Shown here in pieces: positions 1 to 8,822 of a DNA stretch of 64,000 nucleotides. Location of the stretch: assembly GCA_026003235.1 (NCBI GenBank), contig BPGW01000004.1:82665-146664 (forward strand), read 5' to 3'. The translations under genes and the position numbers were made by a program. This DNA comes from Bacteroidia bacterium. Lineage in GTDB: Bacteria > Bacteroidota > Bacteroidia > SpSt-205. Below the pieces are notes generated by a model that was given only the letters and a program-made list of their open reading frames with translations, was not told the origin of the DNA and searched no databases. Position 1 is the first letter of the stretch; each line of letters opens with the position of its first letter.

Positions 1-908
1 AGTCGCTTTAGCAGTCAGCGCGTATCTGTACGCGCAGTGTAGTCCTTGTACGGCGAACAACACCCTCTCACCCAGAACGTTTGACCCTCCTTTTCTCACC
101 ATCTCTGCGGGGGTAGACACGGAGGTCGTGGTGCAGTTTGCGCTGCCGGAGACGGTGTCCGCTCCCAGTCCCATCAATTATGTGTACCCTAACTTCGCTA
201 TCTGGGTGGACAGTCTGCGCATGAAGTATGGGAATATGTATGTATCCCTCAGGGGGCAGCCTTCCGTTGCACCGGCTTACAACACCGCTAACCCCTCGCA
301 AGGAGCGCTTCGCTTTGACCAGGACCACCGGTACAAGCAAGTGAGAAGCAGCCCGGACGTTTATGCCAACGTAGTTGTATACCAGAATCCAGGTGGGGGT
401 AGTCCGAGTAATCCGACGCCGCCGCGGGGCTGTGTGAGAGCGTGTATTCGGGGGGGTGGCGCCAGGTACTGATACGCTGATGATCTACCTGCGAGGTTTC
501 GTGGATCCAAGCACCATCACCTTTACTGGTTCTAACGACATAAGCAACAAAGACACCACTAATCTGATGCCTACCCTGGGGGGGCAGCCTCTTTACAGCG
601 ATGTCTGGACGGAGTACGAGGTGCGGGTGACGGCCCCTACTACAGCCATCCAAGCTGGTGTGATGGGAGGGATAGAGCTAAGGCCCAACCCTGCGTGGGG
701 GCAGGCGACGCTGCGCTACACCCTCCACCGACCCAGCGACCTAACTGTGCGTGTACTCACCCTTTCTGGGGCCGAGGTGCAGACCTACAGGCTGGGTGCG
801 CGGCCTGCAGGCGAGCACGCGTTGGAGCTGGCCTTGCCGGCGGGTGTGTATCTGATCCAGGTAGAGGCGGGGCCTGAACGCTTGCTTCAGAAGCTCGTCG
901 TACTCTAA
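1..908 (+). CDS. Secreted protein with T9SS (Por) C-terminal sorting domain. The 5' end is just outside the window, and the reading frame is broken by an apparent +1 frameshift near the G7 run at 450-456.
   Basis: Frame 2 is open from nt 2 (..LAVSAYLYAQ-CSPC looks like the end of a signal peptide) to a stop at 470-472. Frame 3 is open from 438 to 908 and ends in a typical T9SS CTD (..RPNPAWGQATLRYTL..GVYLIQVEAGPERLLQKLVVL). Confidence 0.6.
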
Positions 909-934
909 GAGCGCTGGGTATAAAGCGCAGTCAG

Positions 935-965
935 GAAGGGGCCTCTCAAAGGCCCCTTCTTTTTT
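935..965 (+). terminator. Rho-independent terminator after the T9SS cargo gene
   Basis: Perfect 9-bp stem GAAGGGGCC (935-943) / GGCCCCTTC (951-959), 7-nt loop, then TTTTTT (960-965). Confidence 0.8.
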
Positions 966-2082
966 ATCGGCTGGGGTGCCGGTAAGTCAGCTGAGGCAGA
1001 AGGGCTTCTTTCCACTCGGCGAAGGTTCCCGCCTCAAGGTGGCGCCGAGCTGTAGCCACAAGCTCCAGGAAGAAATGCAAGTTGGCCGCGGTGGCCAGCG
1101 TCAAAGCGGCGGGGTCTTCAACGCGAAAAAGATGATGCAGGTAAGCGCGGGTATAGCCCCAAGGCGGAATGGGCGTAAAGTCGCGGGCGTACCGGGCGTT
1201 GCGGAGGTTGCGCAGGCCGTCCCATCCATATAGGAGCGCATGGCGAGCGTTGCGGGTGGGCAGCACACAATCAAAGAGATCCATGCCTGCGCTGATGGCT
1301 TCCAGGATGTCCTGGGGTGTGCCCAGGCCCATCACGTAGCGGGGCTTGTCAGGGGGTAGGATCTGCCCCATCAGGTGGAGGATGGGCTTTCTCAGCTGGA
1401 AGGGCTCTCCTACGGCCAGCCCCCCTACGGCCCATCCCTCAAAAGCGAGGGCTTCCAGGGCCCGGTAGCTGGCTTGCCGAAGCTCCGGGTCTACGCCTCC
1501 CTGCACGATGCCAAACTGCTGAAGGGGATACCCATAGGCGGTGGGGTTGGCCTCAAAAGCCTGACGGGCGCGAACAGCCCAAGCATGGGTCAGTTCCAGC
1601 GCTTGGTGCATTTCAGCGGCGGAAGCCGGGTAGGGTGGACACACATCCAGCACCATCTGAATGTCGGAGCCGATGCTGCGCTGGATCGCCACGACCTTCT
1701 CAGGGGTCAGCAGATGCCGAGAGCCGTCTATGTGAGAAGCAAAGAGAACCCCTTCTGGGGAGAGCTGGCGGCGGGAAGCCAGGCTAAAGATTTGATAGCC
1801 GCCGCTGTCGGTCAGCAGGGCCCCCTTCCAGCCCATGAAGCGGTGTAGGCCTCCCGCTTCTTCAAGCAAGGTGGGGCCCGGACGCAGGTAAAGGTGGTAG
1901 GTGTTGGCCAGGAGAATGGGGCTCTCTAAGAGGTGGTGAGGAAAAGCCCGCAGGCTACCCTGGGTAGCTACCGGCATGAAAGCCGGCGTAGGCACCACCC
2001 CATGGGCCGTATACAGCTGGCCCAAGCGGGCGGCCCCTTCTACTTTGAGGACCTTGAAGCCAATGAACGAATCCAAGCCCAT
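964..2082 (-). CDS. tgt: Queuine tRNA-ribosyltransferase (tRNA-guanine transglycosylase)
   Basis: 372 aa. ARLGQLYTAHGVVPTPAFMPVATQGS, LLTDSGGYQIFSL and VMGLGTPQDI are hallmark Tgt segments. Confidence 0.95.
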   Translation of the reverse strand: MGLDSFIGFKVLKVEGAARLGQLYTAHGVVPTPAFMPVATQGSLRAFPHHLLESPILLANTYHLYLRPGPTLLEEAGGLHRFMGWKGALLTDSGGYQIFSLASRRQLSPEGVLFASHIDGSRHLLTPEKVVAIQRSIGSDIQMVLDVCPPYPASAAEMHQALELTHAWAVRARQAFEANPTAYGYPLQQFGIVQGGVDPELRQASYRALEALAFEGWAVGGLAVGEPFQLRKPILHLMGQILPPDKPRYVMGLGTPQDILEAISAGMDLFDCVLPTRNARHALLYGWDGLRNLRNARYARDFTPIPPWGYTRAYLHHLFRVEDPAALTLATAANLHFFLELVATARRHLEAGTFAEWKEALLPQLTYRHPSR

Positions 2083-2486
2083 GCCCGCTTTTTGGCTTCG
2101 GGATCCCTTAAGAGCTGAGCCAGACTGGGCAAAACGAAAGCGACCGGTTCGTTCGGCCAGCCGGCAGGGGGAGTTTTGAGCAGGCGCCAGGGCGTCCGGC
2201 TATAGGAGGCCACCTGCGCGTGAGGCACCAGCGAACCCAAAATCCAGGCTACTCTCTCCGAGAAAACCGCCAATTGCGCAGGGCTAAGGGAAGAGGAGAC
2301 CAGCCATACGCTGGCCTCAGAAGGGGGGTAATGGACCGCTTCCAGCATTCTATCCAGGAGGGTGAGGGCTTCGGTGGTCGCGTCGGCGGCGGGCACAAAG
2401 GCCACAAGGTCGCCTTGGGTGCGGCGGAGGGGCTGAAGGGGCGACTCCAGCGGCCAAAGCAAGGAGCCTACAAAGAGAGTGACCAT
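2040..2486 (-). CDS. Hypothetical protein, possibly a degenerate uracil-DNA-glycosylase-fold protein
   Basis: 148-aa ORF in an operon with lhgO and tgt (overlaps both). The C-terminal VLPSLAQLLRDPEAKKRAW resembles the HPS..LLR.P..K..W end of family-4 UDGs. No GE(A/G)PG-type motif is seen. Confidence 0.45.
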   Translation of the reverse strand: MVTLFVGSLLWPLESPLQPLRRTQGDLVAFVPAADATTEALTLLDRMLEAVHYPPSEASVWLVSSSLSPAQLAVFSERVAWILGSLVPHAQVASYSRTPWRLLKTPPAGWPNEPVAFVLPSLAQLLRDPEAKKRAWAWIRSLASRSSK

Positions 2487-3667
2487 GTTTGCTGGGCTTT
2501 TTCTACGATAGCTTCGGCCAGGGCCAGCGCGGCTGTCGCAGCAGGAGAAGGTGCATTCAGCACATGCAGGCTCCGTTCCTGAGACACAAAGTAAAAGTCA
2601 TCCCAGAAGGTGCCTTCTTGGGTCAAAGCCAGGGCCCGTATTCCGCAGCGGGCCGGAACGAGGTCTTCCTCTTGGAGGGAAGGCACCAACCGCTTTAGGC
2701 TTTGCCAGAAAAGTCGTTTGGAAAAAGCGCGGCGGTACTCTTGGAGTCCTTCTCGCCAATGCTTGAAGAAGAACTTCCACGTGCCGGGGAAGCTTAGCGC
2801 TTCCCATGTGTCTTGTAGAGAGAAGCCCGTTCGGCTGTAGATTTCTCGGGCCCAGGCGAAGACGGCGTTGGGTCCGGCTTCTACTTGGCCTGAAATCATG
2901 CGGGTCAGATGAACGCCCAGGACGGGGTAGGTGGGGTGGGGGAGGGGGTAGATGAGGTTGCGGACTTTGTAGCGGGCTTCGGGGCGCAGCTCGTAGTAGT
3001 CACCTCGGAAAGGTACGATGCGCAAGGGAGGGTTCAAGCCATCGGCCCGGGCCAGCCGATCGGCTTGCAGGCCAGCGCAGGCAATGAGATAGCGGGCCTG
3101 AAAGACCTCTCCCGAACGGGTAGCAAGGCGATATCCCTCCGGTGTGCGAGTCAGGGCTTGGACTTCGGCTTGGTAGCGCAGCTCAGCCTGGCTTCGCTCC
3201 AGAAGGCGCTGGGTGACGGCCTGGTAGTCTACGATGCCTGTCACGGGCACGTAAATGGCGCCCACGCCGCGCGCTTCGGGTTCGTAGTGCGGAATCTCGT
3301 CGCTGGAGAGCAGCTTGAGGCCTGGGATGCCGTTCTGCAGCCCCCGCTTGTATAGGGCTTGGAGGCGGGGCAGCTCCTCTTCTTGGGTAGCCAGGATGAT
3401 TTTGCCGCACTGTTCATGGGGTAGGTTTTCCTCCCGGACGAAGGCATACAAAGCCTCTCGTCCTTTTGTACAGAGGGTAGCTTTGAGCGAACCGGGCTTG
3501 TAATAGATGCCGGAGTGGATGACGCCGGAGTTTCGGCCGGTTTGGTGGGCAGCGGGGTGGGGAGCCTTTTCCAGCACCAGCAGCCGGGCTTGCGGCCAGA
3601 CCTGCCTCAGCCGGTGCGCTACGGCTGCCCCTACGATGCCGGCCCCCACAATAGCTACATCGTACAT
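2468..3667 (-). CDS. lhgO: L-2-hydroxyglutarate oxidase/dehydrogenase family FAD oxidoreductase
   Basis: 399 aa. N-terminal dinucleotide fold VAIVGAGIVGAA, and GRNSGVIHSGIYYKPGSLKA typical of LhgO. Confidence 0.8.
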   Translation of the reverse strand: MYDVAIVGAGIVGAAVAHRLRQVWPQARLLVLEKAPHPAAHQTGRNSGVIHSGIYYKPGSLKATLCTKGREALYAFVREENLPHEQCGKIILATQEEELPRLQALYKRGLQNGIPGLKLLSSDEIPHYEPEARGVGAIYVPVTGIVDYQAVTQRLLERSQAELRYQAEVQALTRTPEGYRLATRSGEVFQARYLIACAGLQADRLARADGLNPPLRIVPFRGDYYELRPEARYKVRNLIYPLPHPTYPVLGVHLTRMISGQVEAGPNAVFAWAREIYSRTGFSLQDTWEALSFPGTWKFFFKHWREGLQEYRRAFSKRLFWQSLKRLVPSLQEEDLVPARCGIRALALTQEGTFWDDFYFVSQERSLHVLNAPSPAATAALALAEAIVEKAQQTWSLSL

Positions 3668-4521
3668 TAGTGTGTGCGGGTCATGGTCTCAGGCACGACC
3701 AGAAACACATCGGCGGCAGGCGGCTGGGCTGGCTTGTATTGGGTGGGACCTGGCACTTCTTCGGTGGTGAGGACCAGGACTTTCAAGGCGGGATTGTAAA
3801 GGCGCAGATAGGCCGCAATGCCCTCGTGGTAGTCGCTATGGTATCGGCCATGGAGGTGAAAGAAGTGGGTGCCGGGTCGCCACGCCTGTGCAATTCTATG
3901 GGCCATGGTAGCGTCTTTGAGCATTTGGGCTAAGCGAAAGGGTTCGGGGTTCATTCCGTGGCTCTGGGCCAGCGAATCCATTTGCTGATAGCATCGCAAG
4001 GTGTCTAAGCGGGGGAAAGGGAGAGGCGCTATGTTTCGTCGCTGCTCGGGAGGCAGCCCCTCTAAGGCAGAGAGACCCTTCTGACCCACCGCTCGAGCTA
4101 AAGCCCGGGGGGCGTTGGTGGCGTAGAGGGGTATCTTCCGGGAGCGGCAAAACTCCACCAAGGGCGCATAATCGGTGCGAAAGTTAGGCCAGAGGGGGAT
4201 CGCCTCCGCCAGCTTATCAAGCGTGGGAATCTGGCCCTGCAGGTAACGCAAGAGGACCTCTTGTTGGTCGGTCTCAAACATTTCCATCCCGACGAGGAGG
4301 CTGTCGGGGTATCGGCTGGCTAAATCCCGCACCAGCTCATACGCAAGCCAATGAGCGATCGGATTGTTGTGGGTTTCGCCAAATAGCACCACATCCGCTC
4401 GGGCCATCTGGGTCAGGACTTGTTTATAGGAGAGGGGTTTGCCTTTGGAGCTGTAGAGCAGGTAAGCGGGTTTGTCTTGGGCTATCAGCCCCAGGGGCAG
4501 GATCAGCCAGAGGGTTCGCAC
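3667..4521 (-). CDS. ChaN-family (Tiki/heme-binding uptake superfamily) secreted protein
   Basis: VVLFGETHNNPIAHWLAYELVRDL matches the ChaN/DUF399 signature. I moved the start to GTG 4521 (MRTLWLILPLGLIAQ signal peptide). It lies 4 nt after a near-consensus -7 box and removes the overlap with divergent rpmI. The track ORF extends to 4590. Confidence 0.7.
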   Translation of the reverse strand: MRTLWLILPLGLIAQDKPAYLLYSSKGKPLSYKQVLTQMARADVVLFGETHNNPIAHWLAYELVRDLASRYPDSLLVGMEMFETDQQEVLLRYLQGQIPTLDKLAEAIPLWPNFRTDYAPLVEFCRSRKIPLYATNAPRALARAVGQKGLSALEGLPPEQRRNIAPLPFPRLDTLRCYQQMDSLAQSHGMNPEPFRLAQMLKDATMAHRIAQAWRPGTHFFHLHGRYHSDYHEGIAAYLRLYNPALKVLVLTTEEVPGPTQYKPAQPPAADVFLVVPETMTRTH

Positions 4522-4525
4522 GGCA

Positions 4526-4533
4526 CGAAGGTA
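4526..4533 (-). promoter_or_regulatory. Imperfect -7 box TACCTTCG, 4 nt upstream of the ChaN-family GTG (4521)
   Basis: One mismatch to TAnnTTTG. It has the same spacing as the other operon heads. Confidence 0.35.
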
Positions 4534-4564
4534 GAGAGAAGCCGGGTATTCGCTCCAAGTTCTG

Positions 4565-4572
4565 TACTTTTG
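4565..4572 (+). promoter_or_regulatory. -7 box TACTTTTG, 6 nt upstream of the rpmI ATG (4579)
   Basis: Exact TAnnTTTG match at the head of the rpmI-rplT-fabD operon. Confidence 0.55.
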
Positions 4573-4578
4573 CGGGTC

Positions 4579-4770
4579 ATGAAGGGGCATTCAGGCAGCC
4601 AAAAGCGCTTCAAGCGGACGGCGACCGGCAAGCTGATGCATAAAGCGACGGGCCGGCGCCACAACTTCTCTTCTAAAAGCCGGCGGCGCAAGCGCGCCCT
4701 GCGTAAGGATAGACTTGTCAAGCCTGCGGATAAAGCCCGCCTCTCGCTGATTACGGTTTATCTGGACTGA
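4579..4770 (+). CDS. rpmI: 50S ribosomal protein L35
   Basis: 63 aa. MKGHSGSQKRFKRTATGKLMHKATGRRHNFSSKSRRRKR is classic L35. It is an internal ATG of the 4420..4770 track ORF. Confidence 0.9.
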   Translation: MKGHSGSQKRFKRTATGKLMHKATGRRHNFSSKSRRRKRALRKDRLVKPADKARLSLITVYLD

Positions 4771-4773
4771 GCT

Positions 4774-5121
4774 ATGCGGACAAAAAATAGGGTAGCTTCT
4801 CGCGAACGGCGGCGCCGTATCCTGCGTCTGACGAAAGGCTACTGGGGTCGTAAGAAGAATGTTTTCCGTCATGCCCACAACCAGCTTCAGAAAGGGTGGG
4901 TCTATGCCTACATTCACCGCAAGCGCAAGAAGCGGGATTTTCGGCGGCTGTGGATTGTGCGTATTGGGGCGGCGGTGCGAGCCCATGGCCTTTCTTACAG
5001 CCAGTTCATCCACAAGCTGAAGAAAGCGGGTCTGGCGCTGAATCGCAAAATGTTGGCGGATCTGGCGGTTACGCAGCCCTCGGCCTTTGCGGCGCTCGTG
5101 GAGAAAGTGAAGGCTGTCTAA
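4774..5121 (+). CDS. rplT: 50S ribosomal protein L20
   Basis: 115 aa. [40 protein letters not shown]. Confidence 0.95.
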   Translation: MRTKNRVASRERRRRILRLTKGYWGRKKNVFRHAHNQLQKGWVYAYIHRKRKKRDFRRLWIVRIGAAVRAHGLSYSQFIHKLKKAGLALNRKMLADLAVTQPSAFAALVEKVKAV

Positions 5122-6002
5122 TGGGGGTAGCGCTCCTTTTTCCTGGGCAAGGGTCGCAAGCACCCGGCATGGGTAAGGCCCTGTATGAGAGCCGTCCTGA
5201 TCTGCGGCCTCTGTTTGAGGAAGCGGAAGCGGTCACGGGCCTTCCTCTGCGTGAGCTGCTCTTTTCGGGTAGTGCGCAGGACCTTCAGCGCACCTCTGTA
5301 ACGCAGCCCGCCCTCTATGTGCACGGTTATGCGGTGGCCCAGGCGCGGGGAATAACCCCGCAGGCGGTGGCGGGCCATTCGCTGGGGGAGTTCACGGCGC
5401 TGGCGGTGGCAGGGGTGTTCTCGTTTTCCGAGGGGTTAGCGCTGGTTCATGTGCGGGCCCAGGCGATGCAGGAGGCTTGCGATGCTCGCCCCAGTACCAT
5501 GGCAGCCATCATAGGCCTGCCTGACGACACGGTAGAAGCCCTTTGCCGGGAAGTGACCGAAGGCTTGGTGGTTCCAGCTAACTACAACTCGCCAGGGCAG
5601 CTTGTGGTGTCGGGGGAAACCGCCGCCGTGGAAGCGCTCATGCAAAAAGCCAAGGCCGCAGGCGCCCGCCTGGTCAAAAAGCTGGCCGTCAATGGCGCTT
5701 TCCACTCCCCCCTCATGGAATCGGCTCGTCAAAAGCTCGCCGCCGCCATTGAGAAGACGCCGTTCCGAGCCCCGGCGTGCCCCGTATACCCCAACGTAAC
5801 AGGCCGGCCTGAGACAGACCCCGACAAGCTCAAAACCCTGCTGATTCAGCAGCTTACGGCCCCTGTCCGTTGGACCCAGACCCTCCTGGCCATGTGGGAG
5901 GCCGGCATTCGCACCTTTTACGAACTGGGGCCGGGCAATGTCCTCTGCGGCTTGGTACGCCGTACTTTGCCAGAAGCTACCGCGCTCGCTTACGATGCAT
6001 AG
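5121..6002 (+). CDS. fabD: Malonyl-CoA:ACP transacylase
   Basis: Starts at the ATG overlapping the rplT TAA (TAATG). FPGQGSQAPGMG and the active-site GHSLGEF are present. 293 aa. Confidence 0.95.
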   Translation: MGVALLFPGQGSQAPGMGKALYESRPDLRPLFEEAEAVTGLPLRELLFSGSAQDLQRTSVTQPALYVHGYAVAQARGITPQAVAGHSLGEFTALAVAGVFSFSEGLALVHVRAQAMQEACDARPSTMAAIIGLPDDTVEALCREVTEGLVVPANYNSPGQLVVSGETAAVEALMQKAKAAGARLVKKLAVNGAFHSPLMESARQKLAAAIEKTPFRAPACPVYPNVTGRPETDPDKLKTLLIQQLTAPVRWTQTLLAMWEAGIRTFYELGPGNVLCGLVRRTLPEATALAYDA

Positions 6003-6025
6003 AAACTCGTATATTCGTTTTGTCT

Positions 6026-6196
6026 ATGGCTACCCTGGAGGAACTCATCAAAGCCGCTCTTCAGAAACCTGACCTGCGCAAGTCGGTAAAAGGGATTTTG
6101 GAGCAAGCCTTGGAGCAGCTGGCCAACCCTACGCTCCCCGAAGACGAGCGCAAACGGCTCCTTGAGCAGGCGGAAAAGATTGCCCGCGAAGGGTAA
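6026..6196 (+). CDS. Small helical hypothetical protein (56 aa)
   Basis: ATG 24 nt after fabD. Charged helical sequence with no recognisable family. It ends exactly where convergent dapF ends. Confidence 0.3.
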   Translation: MATLEELIKAALQKPDLRKSVKGILEQALEQLANPTLPEDERKRLLEQAEKIAREG

Positions 6197-7003
6197 TTAG
6201 GTCCATTCCACCGTGCCTCGCAGCACCTCTTGCAGGGGGCCAGTCAGCCAAAAAAAGGTATCCGCCGCTTTCACCTTAAGCTTTCCTCCCCGTGCTTGTA
6301 TCTCAATCGGCTCGGGGTCCTTCCTGTGTAGGATGGTGGCCAGGGCTACGCTGGCGGTGCCGCAGCTCAAGGTCTCAGCCCATACGCCACGCTCATAGGT
6401 GCGTATAGCCCATGTTTTTTCGCCGATGGGAGCAAAAAAGCTTACATTGATGCCTTTTTGGGGAGATTGCTTGAGAAGGGGGGCGAGTTGAGGTATCAGT
6501 TGGTGGGCGTAGGCTGCGATGTCAAGGCTCTCAAGTCGGTCTGCCGCTACGGGGAGGAGGGCATGCGGCGAACCCGTATCCGCCAGCCAGGCCTCCTGCG
6601 TAGCGAGGGTGGGCACTTGTAGGGTCACCTTGCAGGGCGGCTGATGCACCTGAAGGCCCACTTCTGCTACCGGAGGAGCCTCGCTAATAAGACGAGCGGG
6701 ATACCGGTTTTCTCCGAAATGCAGCCAGAGTTCCTTATGGCCTGTCGCCTCATAGGCCAACCAAGTGGCTACCCGAGCGCCATTTCCACAAAAAGAGCCG
6801 GCCTGGCCATCGGCATTCCAGTAGCGCATGGCGAAGGCAGCCCCTCCCAGCGGCGTAAGGGCCAAAAGCCCGTCCGCACTAAGCCCTTCCACAGGGTGGC
6901 AGAGTTTTCGGCGGGCTTCGGACGAGAGGGTCTCCGGATCCGTCTCCAGAACGAGAAAGGTGTTGCCTGTAGCGCTGAACTTACGAAAGGAGGTTTTTGG
7001 CAT
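6197..7003 (-). CDS. dapF: Diaminopimelate epimerase
   Basis: [13 protein letters not shown], plus the two catalytic Cys motifs FCGNGAR and LSCGTAS. Start taken at the internal ATG (MPKTSFRKF), giving 268 aa. Confidence 0.9.
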   Translation of the reverse strand: MPKTSFRKFSATGNTFLVLETDPETLSSEARRKLCHPVEGLSADGLLALTPLGGAAFAMRYWNADGQAGSFCGNGARVATWLAYEATGHKELWLHFGENRYPARLISEAPPVAEVGLQVHQPPCKVTLQVPTLATQEAWLADTGSPHALLPVAADRLESLDIAAYAHQLIPQLAPLLKQSPQKGINVSFFAPIGEKTWAIRTYERGVWAETLSCGTASVALATILHRKDPEPIEIQARGGKLKVKAADTFFWLTGPLQEVLRGTVEWT

Positions 7004-8114
7004 GGGGTACGCTCGCAATGTGCAAGGTACGCGTAGGAAAAGCGAAGTCCGTCTCCGGCACATGCCGCCGTACGGTGGTAAGGATCGTCCAGCAAAGCGC
7101 ATCTTGGAGAGGGAACACGTTGGGTACGTTGGGGGCAGGGGAGTTGTAGAAGGGATTCACAAAGGCTACAATGGTCAGTTCAAGCGCCGAATCCTGGAAG
7201 TTTGTAAAGAAAACCGCAGGGGCCTCTGTGAGGAAGGGGAGCTGGCTCAGGGCTGTTTCCAAATCCTCTTTTAGGGCCCTGAGAACCGGTTCGGGGGTGC
7301 TGTAGAGGAGGCCGATTCGGTACAGGAGGCGCCTTTTGGGGGTTCGGGTTAGGTTTTCCAGAGGGCTGTCGGCCAGTTTTTTGTTGGGTATGACCAGCAA
7401 GGTGCCATCGGTGGTGCGGATGAGGGTAGAGCGTAGCCCGATTCTTTCTATGGTGCCTACGGTACCGTTTTCCAGGCGAATAATCTCACCCAGCTGGAAG
7501 GGTTTGTCGGCAAAGATCGCCAAAGCCCCGATAAAGTGCTGCAGGGTCTCTTGGGCGGCTAAGGCTACGGCTAACCCCCCCAGTCCCAAGGTCGTGAAGA
7601 AAGGCCCTACATTGACTTTGAGGGTAACTTCCAGCACCAGGAAGCCCACCAGCACAAAGAGCAGGAGGCGAGCGATGGTAAAGAGGGGGTGGACAAGCTG
7701 GAGTTTGTACAGTTCATTGGCTTGCTGGTAGCGGGTAGCGAGGATGGTTTGCGCTACAGCCAGGAGTCGGCTTCCTACCAGGCCCAGGGCCAGGAGCACC
7801 AGGGCTTGAAAGACCCGGTGTATCCAGTCCACCCAGCGCTCAGGGAGGTGAAAAAACTGCACCACATGGATGGCGGCGTACACGACAGCCAGCAGGATAG
7901 CAAATAGCCAAGCGGGGCGCATCAGGCGATGCAGCTCGCGGCGGGTGATGTCTTTTTGGGTTGTACCCAGGCTTAGGTAAAAGAAGCGACTCAGGAGAGA
8001 GGCCAGCAGCCCTGCCAGGGCGAGCCCTCCTACCACCAGCAGCAAAGCAAGCACCCAGCGCCCCAGCAGAATGCCATGCCATTCGCTCTCCCAGAGCCAG
8101 CGCCACCAATTCAT
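6981..8114 (-). CDS. Mechanosensitive ion channel (MscS family)
   Basis: N-terminal TM helices, then [47 protein letters not shown], an MscS beta-domain signature. Confidence 0.85.
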   Translation of the reverse strand: MNWWRWLWESEWHGILLGRWVLALLLVVGGLALAGLLASLLSRFFYLSLGTTQKDITRRELHRLMRPAWLFAILLAVVYAAIHVVQFFHLPERWVDWIHRVFQALVLLALGLVGSRLLAVAQTILATRYQQANELYKLQLVHPLFTIARLLLFVLVGFLVLEVTLKVNVGPFFTTLGLGGLAVALAAQETLQHFIGALAIFADKPFQLGEIIRLENGTVGTIERIGLRSTLIRTTDGTLLVIPNKKLADSPLENLTRTPKRRLLYRIGLLYSTPEPVLRALKEDLETALSQLPFLTEAPAVFFTNFQDSALELTIVAFVNPFYNSPAPNVPNVFPLQDALCWTILTTVRRHVPETDFAFPTRTLHIASVPHAKNLLS

Positions 8115-8822
8115 AGGGCCGACACGATGGTCCCTATTTTTTCACCGGCGAGAATGCGATAAAGGGCTCCTGGTTCGTTGATGTTGAAGACCGCCATGGG
8201 CAGTTGATGCTCTTGCGAGAGGGTAAAGGCGGTGAGGTCCATCACTTCCAGGCGCCTTTTGAGGGCTTCTTCGTAGGAAATGTGGGTCAAGCGCTCGGCC
8301 TTTGCGTCCTTTTCGGGGTCAGCGGTGTAGATGCCATCCACCCGCGTGCCTTTCAGCAGCAGCTCGGCGTTTATCTCAATGGCGCGGAGGGTAGCGGCCG
8401 TGTCCGTCGTAAAAAAGGGATTGCCCGTACCCGCGGCAAAGATGACGACCCGGCCCTTTTCCAGATGTCGGATAGCCCGCCGGCGAATGAAGGGTTCGCA
8501 AATGCGCTGCATCTCAATAGCCGATTGCACGCGCGTGGGCACGCCTTGCTGCTCCAGAGCATTTTGTAAGGCCAAGGCGTTGATGACCGTGGCCAGCATG
8601 CCCATGTAATCCGCTTGAGCCCGATCCAGACCTTGTTCTTTGCCTTCTATCCCCCGAAAGATGTTACCCCCCCCCAATGACGATGGCCAGTTGTACCCCA
8701 GCTCGGGTCACCGAAGCAATCTCCCCTGCGAAATACCGCAGCTTCTCCGTGTCTATGCCATACGGCTTGTCTCCCTGCAGGGCTTCGCCACTGAGCTTGA
8801 GGAGAACTCGCCGGTACTTCAT
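8111..8822 (-). CDS. pyrH: UMP kinase, interrupted by one extra base in a C9 (coding-strand G9) homopolymer at 8667-8675
   Basis: The upstream frame from ATG 8822 reads [52 protein letters not shown], then TAA. The downstream frame continues [36 protein letters not shown]... to 8111. Total length is 712 nt (3n+1). Confidence 0.85.

Noticed and set aside
4896-5120. 75-aa N-terminal extension of fabD, and the 190-aa antisense ORF 4591..5163
   Set aside because: The extension overlaps rplT in another frame, and fabD homology begins at the ATG overlapping the rplT stop (5121). The antisense ORF lies opposite two ribosomal protein genes.
8664-8678. Programmed ribosomal frameshift or transcriptional slippage in pyrH
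   Set aside because: No such recoding is known for UMP kinase. Four other unrelated genes in the window show the same single-extra-base defect, so an artefact is more parsimonious. It is kept as a finding only for verification.
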